A stretch of DNA of 64,000 bases, taken from assembly GCF_057098645.1 (NCBI RefSeq), contig NZ_CM169472.1, one strand, 5' to 3'. Within the stretch, counting starts at the first letter, position 1. Each line of letters begins with the position of its first letter. This document shows, in pieces, positions 12,610 through 23,565 of this stretch. Under the pieces are notes generated by a model, which saw only the letters and a program-made list of their open reading frames with translations, had not been told where the DNA came from and ran no database searches. Made by a program: the position numbers and the translations under genes.

Positions 12610-13992
12610 ATGGAGATGTATTTTAAAAGAATGAAAGATGAGTGGACCGGACTTGTCGAACAGGCAGATCCGCCCATTCGTGCTAAAGCCGCGGAAATTG
12701 CCGTTGCGCATGCTCATTATCTGAGTATCGAGTTTTATCGAATTGTCCGCATCGACCCGCATGCCGAAGAATTCTTGAGTAATGAACAAGTTGAGCGGCA
12801 GTTGAAAAGTGCGATGGAACGCTGGATTATTAACGTGCTTTCTGCCCAGGTTGACGATGTCGAAAGGCTAATACAAATCCAGCATACCGTCGCGGAAGTG
12901 CATGCCCGCATAGGAATTCCGGTAGAAATTGTCGAGATGGGGTTTCGGGTGCTGAAAAAGATCCTCTATCCGGTAATCTTCTCTTCGGATTATTCTGCCG
13001 CAGAAAAACTTCAGGTCTACCATTTCTCGATTAACAGTATTGATATCGCTATGGAAGTGATGACCCGCGCGTTTACCTTTAGTGACAGTAGTGCCTCAAA
13101 AGAAGATGAAAACTATCGTATCTTCTCGTTACTGGAAAACGCCGAAGAAGAAAAAGAACGGCAAATAGCCTCAATACTTTCATGGGAAATAGATATCATC
13201 TATAAAATCCTGCTGGATTCTGATTTAGGCAGTAGTTTGCCTTTAAGCCAGGCTGATTTTGGCCTGTGGTTTAACCATAAAGGTCGACATTATTTCAGCG
13301 GCATTGCTGAAGTGGGCCATATCTCTCGTCTGATTCAGGATTTCGACGGTATTTTCAATCAAACAATGCGTAACACCAGGAATTTGAATAACAGAAGTCT
13401 GCGGGTGAAATTTTTATTACAGATAAGAAATACTGTATCGCAAATTATTACCTTGCTGCGTGAATTGTTTGAAGAAGTATCGCGCCACGAAGTCGGTATG
13501 GATGTACTGACGAAATTACTTAACCGCCGTTTCCTGCCGACTATCTTCAAACGCGAAATTGCCCATGCCAACCGGACCGGTACACCGCTGTCAGTGCTGA
13601 TTATTGACGTTGATAAATTCAAAGAGATCAACGATACGTGGGGCCATAACACTGGCGATGAAATTCTGCGTAAAGTCTCTCAGGCCTTTTATGACAACGT
13701 CCGCAGTAGTGATTATGTTTTCCGCTACGGGGGCGATGAATTTATCATTGTTTTGACTGAAGCTTCTGAAAACGAAACGTTACGTACCGCAGAACGTATT
13801 CGCAGTCGGGTGGAGAAAACCAAACTGAAATCCGCAAACGGCGAGGATATTGCCCTCTCACTTTCCATCGGTGCCGCCATGTTTAATGGTCATCCTGACT
13901 ATGAGCGCCTCATTCAAATAGCCGATGAAGCTCTGTATATCGCCAAAAGACGAGGTAGAAACCGTGTTGAACTCTGGAAAGCCAGTCTTTAG
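12610..13992 (+). CDS. dosC: Globin-coupled diguanylate cyclase DosC
   Basis: 460 aa; N-terminal globin sensor, C-terminal GGDEF domain (RYGGDEF). Confidence 0.9.
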   Translation: MEMYFKRMKDEWTGLVEQADPPIRAKAAEIAVAHAHYLSIEFYRIVRIDPHAEEFLSNEQVERQLKSAMERWIINVLSAQVDDVERLIQIQHTVAEVHARIGIPVEIVEMGFRVLKKILYPVIFSSDYSAAEKLQVYHFSINSIDIAMEVMTRAFTFSDSSASKEDENYRIFSLLENAEEEKERQIASILSWEIDIIYKILLDSDLGSSLPLSQADFGLWFNHKGRHYFSGIAEVGHISRLIQDFDGIFNQTMRNTRNLNNRSLRVKFLLQIRNTVSQIITLLRELFEEVSRHEVGMDVLTKLLNRRFLPTIFKREIAHANRTGTPLSVLIIDVDKFKEINDTWGHNTGDEILRKVSQAFYDNVRSSDYVFRYGGDEFIIVLTEASENETLRTAERIRSRVEKTKLKSANGEDIALSLSIGAAMFNGHPDYERLIQIADEALYIAKRRGRNRVELWKASL

Positions 13993-14016
13993 ATGCGCCA
14001 GGATGCAGAGGTAATC

Positions 14017-16416
14017 ATGAAGCTAACCGATGCGGATAATGCCGCCGATGGCATTTTTTTCCCCGCCCTTGAGCAAAATATGATGGGTGCGGTGTTAATT
14101 AACGAAAATGATGAAGTGATGTTTTTCAACCCCGCCGCAGAGAAGCTCTGGGGGTACAAACGTGAAGAAGTCATTGGCAATAACATTGATATGCTGATTC
14201 CGCGGGATTTGCGTCCTGCGCATCCTGAATACATTCGTCACAACCGTGAAGGCGGTAAAGCGCGCGTCGAGGGGATGAGTCGGGAGCTGCAGCTGGAGAA
14301 AAAAGACGGCAGTAAAATCTGGACCCGTTTTGCGCTATCGAAAGTGAGCGCCGAGGGGAAAGTTTATTACCTGGCGCTGGTACGGGATGCCAGCGTAGAA
14401 ATGGCGCAAAAAGAACAGACCAGACAATTGATTATTGCCGTTGACCATCTCGACCGACCGGTGATTGTCCTCGATCCGGAACGCCATATTGTGCAGTGCA
14501 ATCGCGTATTTACCGAAATGTTTGGTTACTGCATTAGCGAAGCCAGCGGTATGCAGCCCGATACACTCCTGAACATTCCTGAATTCCCTGCCGATAACCG
14601 CATTCGTTTACAACAGTTGCTATGGAAAACCGCCCGCGATCAGGACGAATTTCTGCTGTTGACGCGCACCGGTGAAAAAATCTGGATTAAAGCCTCTATC
14701 AGCCCGGTTTATGACGTGCTCGCGCATCTGCAGAACCTGGTAATGACTTTCTCGGATATCACCGAAGAACGGCAAATCCGCCAGCTTGAAGGCAATATTC
14801 TCGCCGCCATGTGCAGCAGTCCGCCATTTCATGAAATGGGGGAAATCATTTGTCGTAATATCGAATCTGTTCTCAACGAATCGCATGTTTCGCTGTTCGC
14901 ACTGCGCAACGGGATGCCGATACACTGGGCGTCATCTTCGCACGGTGCAGAAGTTCAAAATGCGCAAAGCTGGTCAGCGACCATTCGTCAGCGTGATGGC
15001 GCGCCTGCGGGGATCCTGCAAATTAAAACCTCCTCAGGAGCAGAAACCAGCGCCTTTATCGAACGCGTGGCAGATATCAGCCAGCATATGGCCGCGCTGG
15101 CGCTGGAACAGGAAAAAAGCCGTCAGCATATTGAACAACTCATCCAATTTGATCCGATGACCGGTCTGCCAAATCGCAATAACCTGCACAATTACCTCGA
15201 TGACCTGGTCGACAAAGCCGTCTCTCCGGTGGTGTATCTCATCGGTGTTGACCATATTCAGGATGTGATTGATAGCCTTGGCTATGCGTGGGCCGATCAG
15301 GCATTGCTGGAAGTGGTCAATCGCTTTCGTGAAAAACTCAAACCGGATCAGTATCTCTGTCGTATCGAAGGTACGCAGTTTGTCCTCGTGAGCCTGGAAA
15401 ACGACGTCAGTAACATTACCCAAATCGCCGATGAGCTACGGAATGTGGTCAGCAAGCCGATAATGATTGACGATAAACCCTTCCCGCTTACCTTGAGTAT
15501 TGGCATCAGCTACGACGTGGGTAAAAACCGCGATTACCTGCTCTCCACTGCTCACAATGCAATGGATTATATTCGCAAGAATGGCGGTAACGGCTGGCAG
15601 TTCTTCAGCCCGGCGATGAACGAAATGGTAAAAGAGCGTTTGGTTTTAGGCGCAGCGCTGAAAGAGGCGATTAGCAATAACCAACTGAAACTGGTTTACC
15701 AGCCGCAAATCTTCGCAGAAACGGGTGAACTCTACGGCATCGAAGCCCTTGCTCGCTGGCACGATCCCCAGCATGGTCATGTGCCCCCTTCACGGTTTAT
15801 TCCTCTCGCAGAAGAGATTGGTGAAATCGAAAATATTGGGCGCTGGGTCATCGCGGAAGCTTGCCGTCAGTTAGCAGAATGGCGTAGCCAGAATATTCAT
15901 ATCCCGGCGTTATCCGTGAACTTGTCAGCGCTGCACTTTCGCAGTAATCAGCTGCCTAATCAGGTATCTGATGCAATGCACGCCTGGGGTATTGACGGCC
16001 ACCAGCTGACGGTAGAAATCACGGAAAGCATGATGATGGAACACGATACCGAAATCTTTAAGCGCATTCAGATCCTGCGTGATATGGGCGTGGGTTTATC
16101 GGTAGATGATTTTGGCACGGGCTTTTCCGGATTATCCCGCTTAGTCAGTCTTCCGGTAACGGAAATCAAAATTGACAAAAGTTTTGTCGATCGTTGTCTG
16201 ACGGAAAAACGCATCCTTGCCTTACTTGAAGCCATTACCAGCATTGGGCAAAGCCTCAATTTAACCGTCGTGGCGGAAGGCGTCGAAACCAAAGAGCAAT
16301 TTGAGATGCTACGCAAGATCCACTGTCGCGTTATTCAGGGATATTTCTTTTCCCGCCCCCTACCCGCCGAAGAAATTCCAGGCTGGATGAGCAGCGTGTT
16401 ACCGCTGAAAATCTGA
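14017..16416 (+). CDS. dosP: Heme-PAS c-di-GMP phosphodiesterase DosP
   Basis: 799 aa from MKLTDADNAADGIFFPALEQ; PAS-GGDEF-EAL architecture; starts immediately after dosC. Confidence 0.9.
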   Translation: MKLTDADNAADGIFFPALEQNMMGAVLINENDEVMFFNPAAEKLWGYKREEVIGNNIDMLIPRDLRPAHPEYIRHNREGGKARVEGMSRELQLEKKDGSKIWTRFALSKVSAEGKVYYLALVRDASVEMAQKEQTRQLIIAVDHLDRPVIVLDPERHIVQCNRVFTEMFGYCISEASGMQPDTLLNIPEFPADNRIRLQQLLWKTARDQDEFLLLTRTGEKIWIKASISPVYDVLAHLQNLVMTFSDITEERQIRQLEGNILAAMCSSPPFHEMGEIICRNIESVLNESHVSLFALRNGMPIHWASSSHGAEVQNAQSWSATIRQRDGAPAGILQIKTSSGAETSAFIERVADISQHMAALALEQEKSRQHIEQLIQFDPMTGLPNRNNLHNYLDDLVDKAVSPVVYLIGVDHIQDVIDSLGYAWADQALLEVVNRFREKLKPDQYLCRIEGTQFVLVSLENDVSNITQIADELRNVVSKPIMIDDKPFPLTLSIGISYDVGKNRDYLLSTAHNAMDYIRKNGGNGWQFFSPAMNEMVKERLVLGAALKEAISNNQLKLVYQPQIFAETGELYGIEALARWHDPQHGHVPPSRFIPLAEEIGEIENIGRWVIAEACRQLAEWRSQNIHIPALSVNLSALHFRSNQLPNQVSDAMHAWGIDGHQLTVEITESMMMEHDTEIFKRIQILRDMGVGLSVDDFGTGFSGLSRLVSLPVTEIKIDKSFVDRCLTEKRILALLEAITSIGQSLNLTVVAEGVETKEQFEMLRKIHCRVIQGYFFSRPLPAEEIPGWMSSVLPLKI

Positions 16417-16427
16417 CAAATTCCTCT

Positions 16428-16450
16428 CGCCCGCACTCGCGGGTTTTCAT
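16428..16450 (+). terminator. Rho-independent terminator after dosP
   Basis: CGCCCGC-ACTC-GCGGG followed by TTTTCATTT. Confidence 0.5.
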
Positions 16451-16613
16451 TTAACGTGACACTGTCACTTAAATACTGTGATTTCAGCTACGATTCCGGG
16501 AGATTCCTTCCTTAACTTCCCCTCTTGCACCAAAACTGCACTACGCTGCACAAATGTTGATCAAAAGTTAAAAAATATAACTTTCAGCCAGCATTCTGGC
16601 GCTTATCCCGGCA

Positions 16614-16630
16614 TGGCATGAGATCTGCAT
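16614..16630 (+). promoter_or_regulatory. Candidate sigma-54 promoter for the ddp operon (TGGCAT-N5-CTGCAT)
   Basis: GG and GC elements with correct -24/-12 spacing, about 44 nt upstream of the ddpX start. Confidence 0.35.
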
Positions 16631-16673
16631 AAGTGGAAAGCGCAGCAATTTTTGTCTTATACAGGAACCGTTT

Positions 16674-17255
16674 ATGTCGGATACCACCGAACTGGTTGAT
16701 TTAGCCGTGACCTTCCCTGATCTGGAGATCGAATTGAAATACGCCTGCGCTGATAACATCACAGGTAAAGCTATTTATCAGCAAGCGCGTTGTCTGCTAC
16801 ACAAGGATGCGATTACCGCGCTGGCGAAAAGTATCAGTATCGCCCAGCTATCAGGCTTACAACTGGTGATTTACGATGCGTATCGCCCACAACAAGCACA
16901 GGCGATGTTGTGGCAAGCCTGCCCAGACCCGCAATATGTTGTTGATGTGACGGTCGGTTCTAATCACAGCCGTGGCACGGCGATCGACCTGACGCTTCGT
17001 GATGAGCACGGGAACATCCTCGATATGGGCGCAGGATTCGATGAAATGCACGAACGTTCCCATGCTTACCATCCTTCCGTCCCGCCCGCCGCTCAGCGCA
17101 ATCGGCTGTTGCTGAATGCGATTATGACTGGTGGCGGTTTTGTCGGTATCTCCAGCGAATGGTGGCACTTCGAATTACCCCAGGCAGCGAGTTACCCTCT
17201 GCTCGCTGATCAATTCTCTTGTTTTATATCCCCTGGCACACAGCACGTCAGTTAA
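16674..17255 (+). CDS. ddpX: D-Ala-D-Ala dipeptidase (VanX homologue)
   Basis: 193 aa; VanX-type zinc-ligand motif SNHSRGTAIDLTL. Confidence 0.9.
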   Translation: MSDTTELVDLAVTFPDLEIELKYACADNITGKAIYQQARCLLHKDAITALAKSISIAQLSGLQLVIYDAYRPQQAQAMLWQACPDPQYVVDVTVGSNHSRGTAIDLTLRDEHGNILDMGAGFDEMHERSHAYHPSVPPAAQRNRLLLNAIMTGGGFVGISSEWWHFELPQAASYPLLADQFSCFISPGTQHVS

Positions 17256-17268
17256 TCAGGAAACTGTC

Positions 17269-18819
17269 ATGAAGAGATCGATATCGTTTCGTCCCACATT
17301 GCTCGCGCTCGTCCTTGCCACAACTTTCCCGGTTGCGCACGCCGCCGTACCGAAAGATATGCTGGTGATTGGTAAGGCCGCCGATCCACAAACCCTCGAC
17401 CCGGCGGTAACAATAGATAATAACGACTGGACGGTGACCTACCCGTCTTATCAGCGACTGGTTCAGTACAAAACGGACGGTGATAAAGGCTCAACCGACG
17501 TTGAAGGCGATCTGGCAAGTAGCTGGAAAGCGTCTGACGATCAAAAAGAGTGGACGTTCACCCTGAAAGATAATGCTAAATTTGCCGATGGCACACCTGT
17601 CACTGCCGAAGCAGTAAAACTTTCTTTTGAGCGGCTACTAAAAATCGGCCAGGGGCCAGCAGAAGCATTTCCCAAAGATTTAAAGATTGATGCTCCCGAC
17701 GAACATACGGTGAAGTTTACCCTTAGCCAGCCATTTGCACCGTTCCTCTACACGCTGGCGAATGACGGTGCATCCATTATCAATCCGGCGGTCTTAAAGG
17801 AACATGCAGCGGATGATGCTCGCGGCTTCCTCGCGCAAAATACCGCCGGTTCCGGACCATTTATGCTGAAAAGCTGGCAAAAAGGTCAGCAATTAGTTCT
17901 GGTGCCAAATCCGCATTACTCCGGCAATAAACCGAACTTTAAGCGAGTATCGGTAAAAATTATCGGTGAAAGTGCCTCCCGTCGCCTGCAGCTCTCCCGT
18001 GGCGACATTGACATTGCCGATGCGCTGCCGGTGGATCAACTCAACGCCCTGAAGCAGGAAAATAAAATCAATGTGGCAGAGTATCCGTCACTGCGCGTCA
18101 CCTATCTGTATCTGAATAACAGCAAAGCGCCACTTAATCAGGCTGATCTGCGTCGGGCCATTTCCTGGTCTACCGATTATCAGGGCATGGTTAACGGCAT
18201 TCTGAGTGGTAACGGAAAACAGATGCGCGGCCCGATTCCGGAAGGCATGTGGGGCTACGATGCGACGGCAATGCAATACAACCATGACGAAACGAAAGCC
18301 AAAGCTGAATGGGATAAAGTGACGAGCAAACCCACCATCCTGACGTTTCTCTACTCCGATAACGATCCGAACTGGGAGCCTATTGCTCTGGCGACACAAT
18401 CCAGTCTCAACAAGCTGGGCATCAATGTGAAGCTGGAAAAGCTGGCGAACGCCACCATGCGCGACAGAGTGGGTAAAGGTGATTACGACATTGCGATTGG
18501 CAACTGGAGTCCGGATTTTGCCGACCCGTATATGTTTATGAATTACTGGTTTGAGTCCGACAAAAAAGGTCTGCCGGGTAACCGCTCGTTCTATGAAAAC
18601 AGTGAGGTCGATAAGTTACTGCGCAATGCGCTCGCGACCACCGACCAGACGCAGCGTACCCGAGACTACCAGCAGGCACAGAAAATCGTCATTGATGACG
18701 CTGCTTATGTGTACCTGTTCCAGAAAAACTACCAACTGGCGATGAACAAAGAGGTGAAAGGCTTTGTGTTCAATCCCATGCTGGAACAGGTCTTCAATAT
18801 CAATACCATGAGTAAATAA
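17269..18819 (+). CDS. ddpA: D-Ala-D-Ala ABC transporter periplasmic binding protein
   Basis: 516 aa from MKRSISFRPTLLAL with signal peptide; family 5 solute-binding protein. Confidence 0.9.
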   Translation: MKRSISFRPTLLALVLATTFPVAHAAVPKDMLVIGKAADPQTLDPAVTIDNNDWTVTYPSYQRLVQYKTDGDKGSTDVEGDLASSWKASDDQKEWTFTLKDNAKFADGTPVTAEAVKLSFERLLKIGQGPAEAFPKDLKIDAPDEHTVKFTLSQPFAPFLYTLANDGASIINPAVLKEHAADDARGFLAQNTAGSGPFMLKSWQKGQQLVLVPNPHYSGNKPNFKRVSVKIIGESASRRLQLSRGDIDIADALPVDQLNALKQENKINVAEYPSLRVTYLYLNNSKAPLNQADLRRAISWSTDYQGMVNGILSGNGKQMRGPIPEGMWGYDATAMQYNHDETKAKAEWDKVTSKPTILTFLYSDNDPNWEPIALATQSSLNKLGINVKLEKLANATMRDRVGKGDYDIAIGNWSPDFADPYMFMNYWFESDKKGLPGNRSFYENSEVDKLLRNALATTDQTQRTRDYQQAQKIVIDDAAYVYLFQKNYQLAMNKEVKGFVFNPMLEQVFNINTMSK

Positions 18820-18820
18820 C

Positions 18821-19843
18821 GTGACCTTCTGGAGTATTTTACGCCAACGCTGCTGGGGGCTGGTGCTCGTGGTGGCGGGCGTCTGCGTGATTACGTTTAT
18901 TATCTCGCATCTGATCCCTGGTGATCCGGCGCGGTTACTGGCGGGTGACCGCGCCAGCGATGCTATCGTGGAAAATATTCGCCAGCAACTGGGGCTGGAC
19001 CAGCCACTGTACGTACAGTTTTACCGCTACGTCAGCGATCTGTTTCATGGTGACCTGGGGACATCCATTCGTACCGGGCGTCCGGTGCTGGAAGAGTTGC
19101 GCATATTCTTCCCGGCGACGCTGGAACTGGCATTTTGCGCGCTGCTACTGGCACTCCTGATTGGCATCCCGCTGGGCATACTCTCTGCAGTCTGGCGAAA
19201 TCGCTGGCTGGATCATCTGGTGCGAATAATGGCCATTACCGGAATCTCCACACCTGCGTTCTGGCTTGGGCTGGGCGTCATTGTGCTGTTTTATGGTCAT
19301 CTGCAAATTCTTCCCGGCGGCGGAAGGCTTGATGACTGGCTGGATCCACCAACGCACGTTACCGGCTTTTATCTGCTCGATGCGTTGCTTGAAGGCAACG
19401 GTGAAGTCTTCTTCAATGCGTTGCAACATCTCATCTTACCGGCATTAACGCTGGCGTTTGTTCACCTGGGGATTGTCGCCCGCCAGATCCGCTCAGCGAT
19501 GCTGGAACAATTGAGTGAAGACTACATTCGTACCGCCCGGGCCAGCGGCTTGCCCGGCTGGTATATCGTTCTATGTTATGCGCTACCCAATGCGTTGATC
19601 CCATCGATTACCGTATTAGGTCTGGCGCTGGGCGATTTGTTGTATGGCGCAGTGCTCACCGGAACCGTTTTTGCCTGGCCCGGAATGGGGGCATGGGTAG
19701 TGACATCAATACAGGCGCTCGACTTCCCGGCAGTGATGGGCTTTGCCGTCGTGGTTTCATTTGCTTATGTGCTGGTCAACCTGGTGGTGGATTTGCTCTA
19801 TTTGTGGATTGATCCGCGTATCGGACGTGGAGGTGATGAATGA
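18821..19843 (+). CDS. ddpB: Dipeptide ABC transporter permease
   Basis: 340 aa membrane protein. Confidence 0.9.
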   Translation: MTFWSILRQRCWGLVLVVAGVCVITFIISHLIPGDPARLLAGDRASDAIVENIRQQLGLDQPLYVQFYRYVSDLFHGDLGTSIRTGRPVLEELRIFFPATLELAFCALLLALLIGIPLGILSAVWRNRWLDHLVRIMAITGISTPAFWLGLGVIVLFYGHLQILPGGGRLDDWLDPPTHVTGFYLLDALLEGNGEVFFNALQHLILPALTLAFVHLGIVARQIRSAMLEQLSEDYIRTARASGLPGWYIVLCYALPNALIPSITVLGLALGDLLYGAVLTGTVFAWPGMGAWVVTSIQALDFPAVMGFAVVVSFAYVLVNLVVDLLYLWIDPRIGRGGDE

Positions 19844-20736
19844 TGCTAAGCGAGGAAACGTCCGCCGTACGCCCAGCAAAACAAACGCGATTTAACGGTG
19901 CAAAACTGGTATGGATGCTGAAAGGCAGTCCGCTCACCGTGACCGGCGCAGTCATCATTGTATTAATGCTATTGATGATGATTTTTTCACCGTGGCTTGC
20001 GACGCATGATCCCAACGCCATTGATTTAACCGCCCGCCTTTTGCCGCCTTCTGCGGCGCACTGGTTTGGCACCGATGAAGTGGGACGCGATCTGTTCAGC
20101 CGCGTACTGGTCGGCAGTCAGCAATCAATTCTCGCCGGATTAGTCGTGGTTGCCATTGCGGGTATGATTGGTTCGCTACTCGGATGTCTATCCGGTGTGC
20201 TTGGCGGACGCGCAGACGCCATCATCATGCGCATCATGGACATTATGCTGTCGATTCCTTCGTTGGTACTGACAATGGCACTGGCTGCCGCTCTCGGGCC
20301 GAGTTTATTTAACGCCATGCTGGCGATTGCTATTGTGCGAATTCCCTTTTATGTGCGCCTGGCGCGGGGGCAAGCATTAGTTGTACGCCAGTATACCTAT
20401 GTTCAGGCGGCGAAAACCTTTGGCGCGTCTCGTTGGCATCTGATCAGCTGGCATATTTTACGTAACTCCCTGCCGCCGCTGATCGTGCAGGCATCGCTGG
20501 ATATCGGTAGCGCGATTTTAATGGCCGCCACGTTGGGATTTATTGGCCTGGGTGCTCAACAACCGAGTGCTGAATGGGGCGCGATGGTAGCAAATGGTCG
20601 CAACTATGTACTCGATCAGTGGTGGTATTGCGCATTTCCGGGGGCAGCGATTTTGCTTACCGCCGTCGGGTTTAATCTCTTTGGTGATGGTATTCGCGAT
20701 CTGCTTGACCCGAAAGCAGGAGGAAAGCAGTCATGA
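19840..20736 (+). CDS. ddpC: Dipeptide ABC transporter permease
   Basis: 298 aa membrane protein, 4-nt overlap with ddpB. Confidence 0.9.
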   Translation: MMLSEETSAVRPAKQTRFNGAKLVWMLKGSPLTVTGAVIIVLMLLMMIFSPWLATHDPNAIDLTARLLPPSAAHWFGTDEVGRDLFSRVLVGSQQSILAGLVVVAIAGMIGSLLGCLSGVLGGRADAIIMRIMDIMLSIPSLVLTMALAAALGPSLFNAMLAIAIVRIPFYVRLARGQALVVRQYTYVQAAKTFGASRWHLISWHILRNSLPPLIVQASLDIGSAILMAATLGFIGLGAQQPSAEWGAMVANGRNYVLDQWWYCAFPGAAILLTAVGFNLFGDGIRDLLDPKAGGKQS

Positions 20737-21719
20737 CCCAACCCGTTCTGGACATTCAACAACTGCATTTGAGTTTCCCCGGTTTTAACGGTGATGTTCA
20801 CGCGCTCAACAATGTGTCCTTGCAGATTAACCGCGGTGAAATTGTCGGTCTGGTGGGAGAATCCGGCTCAGGTAAATCAGTCACCGCAATGCTGATTATG
20901 CGTCTGCTACCGACGGGCAGTTATTGCGTACATCGGGGGCAGATTTCCCTGCTGGGAGAAGATGTTCTTAACGCTCGGGAAAAACAGCTTCGTCAGTGGC
21001 GCGGCGCACGAGTGGCGATGATCTTTCAGGAACCGATGACCGCCCTCAATCCGACACGTCGAATAGGTCTTCAGATGATGGACGTAATCCGACATCATCA
21101 ACCAATAAGTCGTCGGGAAGCCAGAGCTAAAGCGATTGCCCTGCTGGAAGAGATGCAAATCCCGGATGCCGTGGAAGTTATGTCGCGCTATCCGTTTGAG
21201 CTTTCAGGTGGTATGCGCCAGCGGGTTATGATTGCGCTGGCATTTTCCTGCGAGCCGCAATTGATTATTGCCGACGAACCGACTACGGCGCTGGACGTCA
21301 CGGTACAGTTGCAGGTACTGCGTTTGCTTAAACATAAAGCTCGCGCCAGTGGAACTGCGGTACTGTTCATCAGCCATGATATGGCCGTGGTGTCGCAACT
21401 GTGCGATAGCGTTTACGTGATGTATGCCGGAAGCGTAATTGAAAGCGGCGTGACGGCAGACGTTATCCATCATCCCCGGCATCCGTATACCATTGGTTTG
21501 CTGCAATGCGCACCAGAACATGGAGTACCACGCCAGCCATTACCCGCCATTCCAGGGACGGTACCAAACCTCACCCATTTGCCTGACGGCTGCGCTTTTC
21601 GCGATCGTTGCTATGCGGCAGGTGCACAGTGTGAAAACGTCCCGGCGCTAACAGCGTGTGGTGACAACAACCAGCGCTGCGCCTGTTGGTATCCGCAGCA
21701 GGAGGTCATAAGTGTCTGA
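20733..21719 (+). CDS. ddpD: Dipeptide ABC transporter ATP-binding protein
   Basis: 328 aa; Walker A GESGSGKS, signature LSGGMRQR. Confidence 0.9.
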   Translation: MTQPVLDIQQLHLSFPGFNGDVHALNNVSLQINRGEIVGLVGESGSGKSVTAMLIMRLLPTGSYCVHRGQISLLGEDVLNAREKQLRQWRGARVAMIFQEPMTALNPTRRIGLQMMDVIRHHQPISRREARAKAIALLEEMQIPDAVEVMSRYPFELSGGMRQRVMIALAFSCEPQLIIADEPTTALDVTVQLQVLRLLKHKARASGTAVLFISHDMAVVSQLCDSVYVMYAGSVIESGVTADVIHHPRHPYTIGLLQCAPEHGVPRQPLPAIPGTVPNLTHLPDGCAFRDRCYAAGAQCENVPALTACGDNNQRCACWYPQQEVISV

Positions 21720-22638
21720 CACGTTATTAACGTTACGCGACGTCCATATCAATTTCCCGGCCCGTAAAAACTGGCTTGGTAAAACTACGGAACATGTTCA
21801 TGCCATTAATGGTATTGATTTACAGATCCGCCGTGGTGAAACCTTAGGGATCGTCGGCGAGTCAGGCTGCGGCAAAAGCACCCTCGCACAGCTTTTAATG
21901 GGTATGCTGCAACCGAGCCACGGGCAGTACATCCGTTCTGGCTCACAACGCATTATGCAGATGGTGTTTCAGGACCCGCTCTCTTCGCTCAATCCGCGCT
22001 TACCGGTGTGGCGCATCATCACAGAACCGCTCTGGATAGCTAAGCGTAGTAGTGAACAACAGCGGCGAGCGTTGGCAGAGGAGCTGGCTGTGCAGGTGGG
22101 TATTCGTCCGGAGTATCTCGACCGCCTGCCTCATGCGTTCTCCGGCGGGCAGCGGCAACGCATCGCCATTGCCAGAGCACTCTCTTCGCAGCCTGACGTG
22201 ATTGTGCTTGATGAGCCAACCTCTGCGCTGGATATCTCCGTGCAGGCACAGATCCTCAATTTACTGGTAACGCTACAGGAAAATCACGGGCTGACTTATG
22301 TGCTGATTTCACACAATGTCTCGGTGATACGTCATATGAGCGATCGGGTGGCGGTGATGTATCTCGGGCAGATTGTGGAATTAGGGGAAGCGCAACAGGT
22401 GCTAACGGCTCCGGCACATCCATACACCCGATTATTGCTGGATTCCCTCCCCGCCATTGATAAACCACTGGAGGAAGAATGGGCATTACGTAAAACGGAT
22501 CTGCCGGGAAACCGCACGTTGCCGCAAGGCTGTTTTTTCCGCGAACGTTGCCCCCTTGCAACCAGCGGATGCGAAGTCCGGCAATCATTAGCAATAAGGG
22601 AGGACGGACGTGAGATCCGTTGCTGGCGGGCGCTGTAG
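21712..22638 (+). CDS. ddpF: Dipeptide ABC transporter ATP-binding protein
   Basis: 308 aa; Walker A GESGCGKST, signature FSGGQRQR. Confidence 0.9.
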   Translation: MSDTLLTLRDVHINFPARKNWLGKTTEHVHAINGIDLQIRRGETLGIVGESGCGKSTLAQLLMGMLQPSHGQYIRSGSQRIMQMVFQDPLSSLNPRLPVWRIITEPLWIAKRSSEQQRRALAEELAVQVGIRPEYLDRLPHAFSGGQRQRIAIARALSSQPDVIVLDEPTSALDISVQAQILNLLVTLQENHGLTYVLISHNVSVIRHMSDRVAVMYLGQIVELGEAQQVLTAPAHPYTRLLLDSLPAIDKPLEEEWALRKTDLPGNRTLPQGCFFRERCPLATSGCEVRQSLAIREDGREIRCWRAL

Positions 22639-22674
22639 GACGCGGCATCCGGCTATTGCATGTCTGCGGAAACG

Positions 22675-23565
22675 TTATGCGTCATAGGTTTTTTTTAACG
22701 TTTCCATCAACGCCTGCGCCGCAGTAGAAAGCTTATGGTGTGACGAACGCAGTACGCCTACTCGTCGCTCAATCACTGGATTATCCAGTTCCAGACACAC
22801 TGCGCCCAGTTCGCTCATCTGCCTGCGGCACAGCGCAGGCACAGCGCTTCCTCCCAAACCGTTTGCCACCAGCCGCCCAACCGTAACCAGTTGATGGCTT
22901 TCCAGCGCCACTTCCAGTTGCGTTCCACTTTGTGCCAACTGCTCCTCCAGCATCAACCTGACGGCTGACGGTCGCTGGAGGGTGATAAAATCGAGCGTCA
23001 GCAAATCCCGCCAACTCACGCGTTGCCGATTTGCCAGTCGTGAATCGGCTGGAACAATAGCGACAAACCGATCCACGCCCAGTGGGGTAAAATGCACATG
23101 GCCGCAATAGTCAGGTTCAAAGGCAATACCCATCTCCACACGCCCTTCGCTCACCATTTCGATCACCTGCTCATTCACCACATCGTGCACGGTGACATTA
23201 ATCCCTGAATAACAATCGCGGAAGGTTTTCAGCACCGGAGGCAGAACGTTGGCTGCAAATGACGGCATCGCTGCCACCGAGACTTTTCCCCGCCTGAGCG
23301 TGAATCGCTGACGCATGGCCTCCTCAGTGTTATCCCAGTCAGCCAGCAAAGGCCGTGCCATCGACAATAGCGTTTCCCCCTCCTGGGTTAATGTCACTTT
23401 TCGCGTAGTACGCAGCAGTAAAGCGCCCCCTAAGGCATCTTCCAGTCCTTTAATGGTAAGACTTAGCGCAGGCTGCGACATATTCAGCCGTTCACTGGCA
23501 TGGGCAAAGTTCAGAGTGTGAGCTACCGCTAAAAACGCGCGTAACTGTTTGATGCTCATTTTCAT
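22675..23565 (-). CDS. LysR-family transcriptional regulator, divergent from the catabolic operon
   Basis: 296 aa; N-terminal HTH (IKQLRAFLAVAHTLNFAHASERLNMSQPALS). Confidence 0.85.
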   Translation of the reverse strand: MKMSIKQLRAFLAVAHTLNFAHASERLNMSQPALSLTIKGLEDALGGALLLRTTRKVTLTQEGETLLSMARPLLADWDNTEEAMRQRFTLRRGKVSVAAMPSFAANVLPPVLKTFRDCYSGINVTVHDVVNEQVIEMVSEGRVEMGIAFEPDYCGHVHFTPLGVDRFVAIVPADSRLANRQRVSWRDLLTLDFITLQRPSAVRLMLEEQLAQSGTQLEVALESHQLVTVGRLVANGLGGSAVPALCRRQMSELGAVCLELDNPVIERRVGVLRSSHHKLSTAAQALMETLKKTYDA

